Source: a virus
Strand: one strand, 5' to 3'
IMG/VR virus record: IMGVR_UViG_3300009537_001787
Location: 1 to 36,852 of that record
Length of the DNA stretch: 36,852 nucleotides
Shown here: one piece after another, positions 30,701-36,852 of the stretch
How positions within the stretch are numbered: position 1 is the first letter of the stretch
Layout of the letters: every line of letters starts with the position of its first letter
The notes under the pieces: generated by a model
Told to the model about the DNA's origin: nothing
The model's database searches: none
Seen by the model: the letters and a program-made list of their open reading frames with translations, nothing else
Made by a program: the position numbers and the translations under genes

Positions 30701-33298
30701 GGTAAGACAAATCCTCAGACTGGGCTCTTGCGTAGTGGCCGTTTGGCTGGTCATTCTACCAGTGAGATCGCTGCTAATCCTGGTAGGTTTGCAGATAGGT
30801 TAACGCCTCAACAGAGTGAATGGTTCCGTCGCATGGCTGAGGTAGAGGATGCTACTATAGATCTATTTGCTAGGAATGGGCTGGATGTTAAGGATGTTCC
30901 TGGCATTTACACTGAACGGTACGGTGGGCTGGTAGTTCTAGAAAAACTTACCCCGGATAAGGAAGTTGTTGAGACAGCTTTCCTCACAGGGATGAGCCCT
31001 CTTGATGTCAAGACTGGTACTAATAAGGCTCGTGAATTTACAACTATTGCAGAAGCCCAGAAGGAAGGATTCGTCTTTCGTCCCTATGAAGAAGCGGTTA
31101 TCTCTAAAGTAGAGAGGGCATGGAATAGAGTTGTTGATGAGCGTATCTCTGACTGGATACTGCACAATCTACCAGATGATGTAACCAGACGTCCTGGCAG
31201 GGCTAGAGATGCTTCAGCTTTTGGAGAAGTGCAATCTGAGTTTAGTTCTTCGATGTTGCCAGGCCAGATATTTGAGGGAGAAGGAGCCAGAGAATTTATT
31301 GATGACCTCAATCATCTGACTAGAAATACTGAAGTTAGCGGCATCTTGAAAGGCATTAACAATCTGAATGCTGTTGGGCGTATCTTTCAATTAGCGGGTG
31401 ATGCCAGTCTATTTACGATTCAGTTGATTGCAATGCCAGTGAGACATCCTATCGGGTATGGAGCTACTGCTGCTAGATTTGGTCAGATATTCTTCACGGC
31501 GTTGGCCAAGCCTGGATATGCTCGAAAGATACGCTCTACCAGAATAGCTGAGAATGCTGACCTGCTCCAGAGAATCCCCATTATCATGTCCAATAGTGGC
31601 CTGGAAGCTACAGACGCTTTTGCCAGAGGGGGTCTCTTTCATTCCCAAGGACTTTTTGGCAAGATGGCTGCTCCTTTGAGACCATTTCAGCAAGCATACG
31701 AGGCTGCCCTTGATGAGGCTGGCATCCACATGGCCAGAGGGTTGGAGCATCTAGCTGAAGGCGATCCTCAAAAACTGATGGAACTCAAGGACTATATAGA
31801 TAGTATGCGAGGGCTTGCTTCTTCCAAGAGGCTGGGAGTTGGGCCTAACCATGCTGCTGCTGAAGCTTCATTCTTTCTTGCTCCTAGATATCGTAGAGCC
31901 ACAGCAGCAATGTACATGAGTGCTTTCCAGGGTGGATTACGGGGGAAGCTAGCTAAAGAAGCTCTCTTGTCTTTTGCAGTTGGCACTGTATTTGCCCATG
32001 TTGCTCTTACTATTGGCAAGGGCTGGCGTGAGTACGGTAATTTGCCAGATACCTTAAAAGCTGAAAAGATACAGGAAGAATTGGTGCAAGGGCTAAATCC
32101 TGCCTCGCCTAGATTTTTAATGTGGCAAGTTGGCAAAAATATGTATGGGGTAGGGTCCAAGTTTACCAGTGATCTTAAGATGCTAGGTAGATTAGCAACC
32201 AGACGAGGGGACTTTCTAAGTTTAGAAGATGGACTCAATGCTAATCCAGGGGTTAGATGGCTCAGATCCCAATCTGCTGGTTTTCCATCTACTGCATGGG
32301 ATATTATCTCTGGTGAAAAATATATGGGAGAACCAATTACCAGAGATATTATTGGTGATCCGATTGGAACTTTCCGAGATGTGGGGAGTCGAATAGGCGA
32401 AAACTTCGTCCCCCTATGGGCCTGGTCTGTTGCCTTTGAAGGAGGCACGATAGGGGAAAGAGAAGCCAGGGGTGCAGTAGAATTTTTGGGTAGCAGGTCT
32501 CGGCCCCTGTACAAGTCAGAAATGAAGGAATATCTAGCTAAAGAAACTAAGGATAGAACTTTTGAATCTCTCTGGCCTGATGAGCAACGTGCTATTTCCC
32601 AGCAGGCCCAGGATGAAAGCCGAAGGCACCCTTCTGATTATCAGATTGAGCTTGATAGGATAGATGCGGAAGAAGCGGCAGACGTTGAATTATTTAGAAA
32701 GGAAGCTGCCAGTCTTAGCCCTATTGTTCCTTACGTACCTTATTCCCAGAGGCCGGGAAGCCAGCAAGAGTCTCAATCTACTGGCAGGTTCATCCCCGGG
32801 CTGGGCCTTGTAAGTACCAGAATCCCTGGATCCAGACGGAGTGATCCCAACTATGAGGCTATCCATGGAGAGGAAGGGAGTAATGCTAAGACTAAAGACT
32901 TCCAGAAGCGGTGGCAAGACACTCGCTTAAAGTATGCCCGTGACAGAGAGAGGGCTCGCATTGAGGCCTTTGGTCCCGATGATGAGGAAAGAGAGGATCT
33001 GGGAGGTGGAACCGAGCCGCAGAGACGAGCGCTACGTCAGTATTATATGGCAGCTAAGAAGGCCAGTAGTGGCAATAATATCTTCAGTGGCAAGATCTGG
33101 GGTGAGGAGATAAAAAGACTCAGGGAAACAGTTTGGACTAAAGATCAGTTAGAGTATGTTGATGCCAGCACTAATTTCCGTGAGATACCTCCAGAAATTC
33201 TGAAGCTTCTTTCTGAAGATACTCGTGCCCGTTATGAGGCTTCCATTGCAGCACGAGACCCTGAAAAAGTTAAGCGGAGGTTCCGGGTTACAGAATAG
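27737..33298 (+). CDS. Giant virion-module protein (1853 aa) with two Pro-rich tandem repeat arrays and a large C-terminal globular region
   Basis: Single uninterrupted ORF between the portal-proximal genes and the scaffold. It may be an internal/ejection or MuF-like head protein by position, but no enzymatic motif was recognised. Confidence 0.8.
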   Translation: MPTPEERNRALIEAGKLPFRWPETEEEQRAFNTRRVTRGKPPLDFSPSGSGIPNPVPTAIPQRVPEPTADSRPIGEELSPFMRGVQDDGTPITPPSGGTSGPLAILGRAADIFDPLLYLQSEVRQSPIGDRANRPGGLGDQGGQVAHGISGLTAGAGPISWIAKALGQDNQDFEPRPGASRFERMIEQEKGQPLLNQMAGGIFDITNFIGGGAAARGAGRLASFLNRVDTAADVARPVSGISDLERIARTTPEVVDNIPANQMNPVFERFMRGQATPPVEPAPPRALLPGSTPQQLDRIPDEQIPDVLARLLQDQNVSLPNAPTQALQPGVVPRQIDAISDQEMSDAFARFLRGETRPPANNAPPQALQPGVAPRQIGTISEQEMNDAFARFMRGETRHPANNAPMRSLPPGSIEEPVRNTTVSPSGLPPRIKIGSRGVESTIETLQYPINKGGYWISIPEDGTFRWVGRGEPMPDAPILSPMREAATPPPPAIPDLPPPSTDFPRDTGFRQPMSPLISEEAALREPTRPLIPDRPIPRGRGLTPEEIENIRRNEALFTQIDVGPDPVRMLASRIRPPGTARASSRTGPGNEFRLRTSQTPPGVSSPEIIPPRDPALLPPDRPLLLDQPLPRGEGLSPEQLAQIRQEEALFKQISVGPDPTRRLAASLRPDRAAKDSGLTGPGNAYRLRTSQTPPGVSSPEIIPPRDPALLPPDRPLLLDQPLPRREGLTPEQLEQIRKEEALFKQIDVGPDPKNRLAASLRPDRAARDSGLTGPGNAYRLRTSQTPPGVSSPEIIPPRDSALLPPENPLILDQPLPEGRPFPTPEELEQARIRNRGFTQPDSGPSAAGTLSARLQAMTAAQDSGRTAAGNRYRLETSETPPGVTGPGGVLTGDAPRPDRNPLITDPLDVDTQVGIAFSPNNARKVGNTLRHIPGVRQMLQAGNPSIVAERPVQKAVIARAQMLDEGANKVQSMMSHPWSIGIQEDLFGKTNPQTGLLRSGRLAGHSTSEIAANPGRFADRLTPQQSEWFRRMAEVEDATIDLFARNGLDVKDVPGIYTERYGGLVVLEKLTPDKEVVETAFLTGMSPLDVKTGTNKAREFTTIAEAQKEGFVFRPYEEAVISKVERAWNRVVDERISDWILHNLPDDVTRRPGRARDASAFGEVQSEFSSSMLPGQIFEGEGAREFIDDLNHLTRNTEVSGILKGINNLNAVGRIFQLAGDASLFTIQLIAMPVRHPIGYGATAARFGQIFFTALAKPGYARKIRSTRIAENADLLQRIPIIMSNSGLEATDAFARGGLFHSQGLFGKMAAPLRPFQQAYEAALDEAGIHMARGLEHLAEGDPQKLMELKDYIDSMRGLASSKRLGVGPNHAAAEASFFLAPRYRRATAAMYMSAFQGGLRGKLAKEALLSFAVGTVFAHVALTIGKGWREYGNLPDTLKAEKIQEELVQGLNPASPRFLMWQVGKNMYGVGSKFTSDLKMLGRLATRRGDFLSLEDGLNANPGVRWLRSQSAGFPSTAWDIISGEKYMGEPITRDIIGDPIGTFRDVGSRIGENFVPLWAWSVAFEGGTIGEREARGAVEFLGSRSRPLYKSEMKEYLAKETKDRTFESLWPDEQRAISQQAQDESRRHPSDYQIELDRIDAEEAADVELFRKEAASLSPIVPYVPYSQRPGSQQESQSTGRFIPGLGLVSTRIPGSRRSDPNYEAIHGEEGSNAKTKDFQKRWQDTRLKYARDRERARIEAFGPDDEEREDLGGGTEPQRRALRQYYMAAKKASSGNNIFSGKIWGEEIKRLRETVWTKDQLEYVDASTNFREIPPEILKLLSEDTRARYEASIAARDPEKVKRRFRVTE
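28510..28975 (+). repeat. About 3.5 copies of a 120-123-bp (40-41-aa) tandem repeat in the giant gene
   Basis: The unit is QALQPGV.PRQI..IS.QEM.DAFARF.RGETR.PANNAP. The ctgcaacctggtgtt anchors lie at 28715 and 28838, and older copies upstream are degenerate. Confidence 0.85.
29323..30438 (+). repeat. Four copies of a 279-bp (93-aa) tandem repeat in the giant gene
   Basis: The acatct anchors lie at 29525, 29804 and 30083, 279 nt apart, with a diverged fourth unit at about 30362. The unit is PLLLDQPLPR.EGL.PEQL.QIR.EEALFKQI.VGPDP..RLAASLRPDRAA.DSGLTGPGNAYRLRTSQTPPGVSSPEIIPPRDPALLPPDR. Confidence 0.9.
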
Positions 33299-33339
33299 AA
33301 TGCTTGTACATAAGCTAAGGAGTTAATAAAGTAGGTGAT

Positions 33340-34155
33340 ATGACTACTCAACAATTAGGTGGGCCCCAGACCGAAGAAGTCTTTTTTGATGATATAGATA
33401 GTGTAATTCTAGATCAGAATAAAGAGACCGTTGGCACTGGTGAGCCCGAGAATGTCACAATATATGGTGGTGAAGAAGCTACCCTGGGAGACCAGACAGG
33501 GGAAGCTGATGAGGTGGGGTGGCAGGAGCCGATAGTTCCGTCTCTGGACTACATCCCGCCAGCACCCCCGCCTCCTCCTCAGCCTTCTCAGACTGAGTAC
33601 GAGCTTCACGAAACCCTGATGGCAGAACGCAAGGCTGCGATGAACGAGAGGCTCAATGCCTCTGTCAATCAGCAATCTGCGGAGGTTGCTCAAGCTTTCT
33701 ATCAGCATCTGATAGAGAATGAGGGGTACGACAGGGCTCAAGCCAAGGATATGACTGAGTCTCAGGTAGGAATCTACCATCAGGCTCTGACCAACACCAT
33801 CAAGGACCACATCCAGAAGCGTACCCTGGACAACAAGGCCAAGGTCATCGTTGCTCAGCGCATTGGTCAGGCTTTCAGCGTCAATCCTAACATGCTGATG
33901 ATGTTTGACTCTCCTGAAAAGATGTACCAGGGAGCGGTACAGTTCGCCAGTGGTGTGCATAGCACCAGGGCTGAGAACTACCGGCTCCGTCAGGAAAACC
34001 AGACCATGCGTAGAGGCCGTGTCCCTGTCCAGAGATATGACCGAGGGGGCCGGGTCAGAGGGGGTTCTAACGACGATCAACTAATTGACCAGTACAACAA
34101 TGGGATAGAAAATGCCCAGACTCTGGCCGCTGTCAAGAAACGTTACGGTATTTAA
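33340..34155 (+). CDS. Putative scaffolding protein (271 aa)
   Basis: Acidic N-terminus, Q/E/A-rich helical core, and a position immediately upstream of the major capsid gene. Confidence 0.55.
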   Translation: MTTQQLGGPQTEEVFFDDIDSVILDQNKETVGTGEPENVTIYGGEEATLGDQTGEADEVGWQEPIVPSLDYIPPAPPPPPQPSQTEYELHETLMAERKAAMNERLNASVNQQSAEVAQAFYQHLIENEGYDRAQAKDMTESQVGIYHQALTNTIKDHIQKRTLDNKAKVIVAQRIGQAFSVNPNMLMMFDSPEKMYQGAVQFASGVHSTRAENYRLRQENQTMRRGRVPVQRYDRGGRVRGGSNDDQLIDQYNNGIENAQTLAAVKKRYGI

Positions 34156-34165
34156 GGAGGTCTAA

Positions 34166-35038
34166 ATGACACAGATTGCTACCACTGCTGGGTTGGCTGA
34201 TGCTCAGCGCACGATTATCGCAGTAACCCGATATACGGAACAGCACAACACTCCCAGCTATCAACTGATTGAGCACATGAAGCTCAAACAGGGTGAGAAG
34301 CAACTAGATGTCCCCAAGATTGGGAACATGACCATGTCGGACCTGGTTGATGGTCAGGACATGGTAGACTCGGAAGAGATTGGGATGTCCACCGTCTCTC
34401 TGACCGTGTCCGAGACAGGTATGAAGGTCATTGTGACCGACCAACTGGTAGCCCAGTCTCAGCCAGCCATCTTTACCATGATCGGCAGGCAGATGGGTGA
34501 GGGTAACGCCAGGAAGAAAGACACCGACGTACAGGCCCTGTACACCAACCTGAACGGCGGGACTTCTCTTGGTGCTGCTGCCAAGTCCATGTCGGTTGCC
34601 AACTTTGCTGGGGCTATTGCTACTGGCAAGGGACGGGCTGCCAACCCATGCAACCCAACCTATGCTGTGCACCACCCCTGGTGCGTATATGACTTCGTAT
34701 CCTCAGCCACAGCTATCGGGTCGAGCAACTACTGGCCTGAGAGTATGCAGAAGGACAAGCTCCAGAAGTTCTACAGCAACAAGACCTTTAACGGGGTCAT
34801 GCTCTTTGAGTCCGGTCTGATTACTATCGACTCGTCCGACGATGCTATTGGATGTCTTGCCGAGAAAGGGGCTATGGTGGCCCTGGAAAGCGTAAGTCAG
34901 AAGGTGGAGCGCCAGCGGGACGCCTCTCTCCGGGGTACTGAGGTAGTGATGACTGCTCGGTACGGGGTGTTTGAACTGGATGATACTCGTGGCTATCCGT
35001 TGACCTTTGATGCCACGACCCCAGCGACTGATGCCTGA
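34166..35038 (+). CDS. Major capsid protein, HK97-fold type (290 aa)
   Basis: Strongest RBS in the window (TAAGGAGGTCTAAATG). The N-terminal pattern (ADAQRTIIAVTRYTEQHNTPSYQLIEHMKLKQGEKQLDVPKIGNMTMSDLVDGQDM...VSLTVSETGMKVIVTDQL) is typical of HK97-like capsid proteins. The gene follows the scaffold. Confidence 0.8.
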   Translation: MTQIATTAGLADAQRTIIAVTRYTEQHNTPSYQLIEHMKLKQGEKQLDVPKIGNMTMSDLVDGQDMVDSEEIGMSTVSLTVSETGMKVIVTDQLVAQSQPAIFTMIGRQMGEGNARKKDTDVQALYTNLNGGTSLGAAAKSMSVANFAGAIATGKGRAANPCNPTYAVHHPWCVYDFVSSATAIGSSNYWPESMQKDKLQKFYSNKTFNGVMLFESGLITIDSSDDAIGCLAEKGAMVALESVSQKVERQRDASLRGTEVVMTARYGVFELDDTRGYPLTFDATTPATDA

Positions 35039-35553
35039 TGACTAGTTACAAAAATATCAGAGAGTACGAGGCTGAGGCCAGGTCTCGTGGTTGGGCCTGG
35101 TCTAGCCTGGAAAATACCGGCCAGCCGAAGATCACTACCTGGTATCATCGTGACAAGTTATATGTTGACGGATCGGTGTGGCAGAAAGCGCCGGTTGAGG
35201 TCCCCAATCAGGCTAATACCCTGCATAATAAGATGGTGATGGCTCGGAGGGGGCAACTGCCCTATCCTCCCTCCGAGTTGTGTATGTGTGAGTGGTGCTG
35301 TGCCAAGAGAGGCAAAACGTACGAGCCCGTGACGTATGCCCAGATCTTGGAATCACCTAAAGCGGAGGCCCCGGAGGTGGAGTCACCACCTCTGGAGGTC
35401 TCTCCATCGCCTAACATGCTCCGTTGCACCGAGCTTAACTGCGAGTGGCAGGCCAAGTTCGGCAGCGAGGCACAACAAAGGAATGCGTTGCGGCTCCACT
35501 TGCGCAAGCATATAGCGGAGGCGTTACGTGCGGAGAAGGCTGTCAAGGTGTAA
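35038..35553 (+). CDS. Cys-rich protein (171 aa) with a C2H2-like zinc-finger motif
   Basis: TGATG overlap with the capsid gene. It has a CMCEWCC cluster and LRCTELNCEWQAKFGSEAQQRNALRLHLRKH (C-x4-C-x18-H-x3-H). Confidence 0.6.
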   Translation: MTSYKNIREYEAEARSRGWAWSSLENTGQPKITTWYHRDKLYVDGSVWQKAPVEVPNQANTLHNKMVMARRGQLPYPPSELCMCEWCCAKRGKTYEPVTYAQILESPKAEAPEVESPPLEVSPSPNMLRCTELNCEWQAKFGSEAQQRNALRLHLRKHIAEALRAEKAVKV

Positions 35554-35613
35554 CCGAGGCCTTAATATCGGTGCCGCAGGACTGTGAGCCTGTATTAAAA
35601 AGGAGAAAAAGAG

Positions 35614-36351
35614 ATGGCATATCCAACAAGGCATTACGGAAGTTTCGGGGAAGAGAAGGTAGTCCAGACTGCTCAGCGAGGCAAGTACGGCAGGCTAATG
35701 GAACTGCCTGACGGGTCTCTCTATCGGTACGGCAAAGCTGGTGAGGCTATTGGAGCCGGTCAGCTTGCTCAGAATATTCTGGCGATTGCAAACCATGACA
35801 TGGACCTGGTCTGTCAGGCTAGTTCCGCAGTTGGAGCTACCTCTGTAACGTTCACTCTGGGTGCTACTGCTGCCACGGCGAACCAGTACCAGGACGGATG
35901 GCTCTATATCAATGATGGCCCTGGCGAAGGTCATCGTTACAGGATCAAAGACCACCTGGCCGTTGCTTCGGCTGGTGTTATTACTGTTAATCTTGACGAG
36001 CCCAACGGAATTCGAGAGGCCATTACCGTGACCACCACTCTAGGTGGCTTGATGGCCAATCCTTATAGCAGCGCCCTGCTGTATAATACTACCCCGGACG
36101 GTATCCCGATTGGTTTTGCTGCTACTGAGCTTGCTTCTGGTGAGTTCGGATGGTTCCAGACCAGGGGCTATGCTGCTGTCTGGATGCAGGGGACCGGGGT
36201 ACTGGGTAAAGTCCACGTACCGGGGCTTACTACCTCTGGATCGGTGGATGTCCATGTATCTACCGGGGATGCCGCTCAGGGCGTGTTCGTAGCGGATGCT
36301 CCTCTGGCTGTTACTACTGACTACCAGTGGGGTCGGATCATCATAGAGTAA
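35614..36351 (+). CDS. Virion protein (245 aa), possibly a capsid decoration or auxiliary capsid protein
   Basis: RBS AAGGAGAAAAAGAG, G/A/T-rich beta-type composition, and a hairpin terminator directly downstream. The function is positional only. Confidence 0.6.
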   Translation: MAYPTRHYGSFGEEKVVQTAQRGKYGRLMELPDGSLYRYGKAGEAIGAGQLAQNILAIANHDMDLVCQASSAVGATSVTFTLGATAATANQYQDGWLYINDGPGEGHRYRIKDHLAVASAGVITVNLDEPNGIREAITVTTTLGGLMANPYSSALLYNTTPDGIPIGFAATELASGEFGWFQTRGYAAVWMQGTGVLGKVHVPGLTTSGSVDVHVSTGDAAQGVFVADAPLAVTTDYQWGRIIIE

Positions 36352-36375
36352 CTCTTATCTTTCCTGGAGGAATGT

Positions 36376-36413
36376 GGCCCAGCCTGCGGCAAAACCTGGG
36401 CTGGGCCTTTCAT
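36376..36413 (+). terminator. Rho-independent-like terminator after the capsid-module genes
   Basis: GGCCCAGCC (36376-84) pairs with GGCTGGGCC (36399-407) around a 14-nt loop and is followed by TTTCATT. Confidence 0.55.
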
Positions 36414-36414
36414 T

Positions 36415-36822
36415 ATGGTAACTTTACTAAATGCTCCAAAAGAACCCTCTGTTCTGTACGTGCCTGAGCATGTCAAAGCCCCTGAGCCAGAGCCTGTTCT
36501 GCTGGGAGGTATTGATAACGCCAAGAAGGACGTGCAGGGACGATGGATTAGCACCCGGACCTGGGTGCTGACCAACAAGAAGAACGGCAGGAAGCAGACC
36601 ATCTGTCTGTTGGACAACCAGATGTCAGATGATGCCATAGCTACCGCTTATGGGGAGGCTGTGGAGAACTTTTATCGTGACACCAACGATCTCCCCCGGC
36701 TGGCTACCTACACTGTCGAGCAGAGAAAGGAGGTTGGTGCTGCTATCAGGCGATACCGGGAGTTCAAGGCGAAGATGGCTGAGTCCACGAACAATAAAGT
36801 ATTCTACCGTGGGGTCCGTTAG
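36415..36822 (+). CDS. Hypothetical protein (135 aa), possibly head-tail joining by position
   Basis: The ORF runs into the terminal overlap. Its TAG overlaps the tail-fibre GTG (TAGTG) across the circular junction. Confidence 0.6.
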   Translation: MVTLLNAPKEPSVLYVPEHVKAPEPEPVLLGGIDNAKKDVQGRWISTRTWVLTNKKNGRKQTICLLDNQMSDDAIATAYGEAVENFYRDTNDLPRLATYTVEQRKEVGAAIRRYREFKAKMAESTNNKVFYRGVR

Positions 36823-36852
36823 TGGCTCACTACAACACAAAGAACTTTGCAG
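36754..36852. repeat. Terminal overlap, copy 2 (identical to 1-99)
   Basis: Direct comparison of the two window ends. It is either a 99-nt assembly overlap of a circular or circularly permuted genome, or a short direct terminal repeat. Confidence 0.95.

Overview
The window is one complete tailed dsDNA phage genome that closes on itself. Nucleotides 1-99 are identical to 36754-36852, so the unique length is 36753 bp. The genes are tightly packed, with many ATGA, TAATG and TAGTG start-stop overlaps, and fall into three transcription blocks. (1) The + strand 69-8339 carries the tail fibre and tail or virion genes. (2) The - strand 8558-16465 is an early and replication block. It holds a RusA resolvase, a beta-class DNA methyltransferase, a prim-pol replicase, two tandem DnaJ-type zinc-finger paralogs, an SSB-like protein, an RHH regulator and many tiny zinc-ribbon ORFs. 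(3) The + strand 16717-36822 starts with a small-terminase-like HTH protein. A LuxR-type HTH, a lipoprotein, small membrane and zinc proteins, TerL and the portal follow. Next come a paralogous Q/N/G-rich protein family, an 1853-aa repeat-bearing giant protein, the scaffold and an HK97-like major capsid protein. I recognise no tape measure, tube or sheath, so the virion is probably podovirus-like. I also recognise no integrase, helicase, endolysin, tRNA, rRNA or CRISPR array. The most unusual part is a roughly 930-bp gene-poor island at 17194-18124. It contains a palindrome plus a motif that also forms an 18-bp inverted repeat inside the prim-pol gene, a helically phased 23-bp tandem repeat array, and a roughly 420-nt tract almost free of adenine on the + strand. 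Together these look like an undescribed cis-acting element (origin, pac site or ncRNA), but its function cannot be decided from sequence alone. All homology statements are motif recognition by eye, with no database search. The host is unknown.
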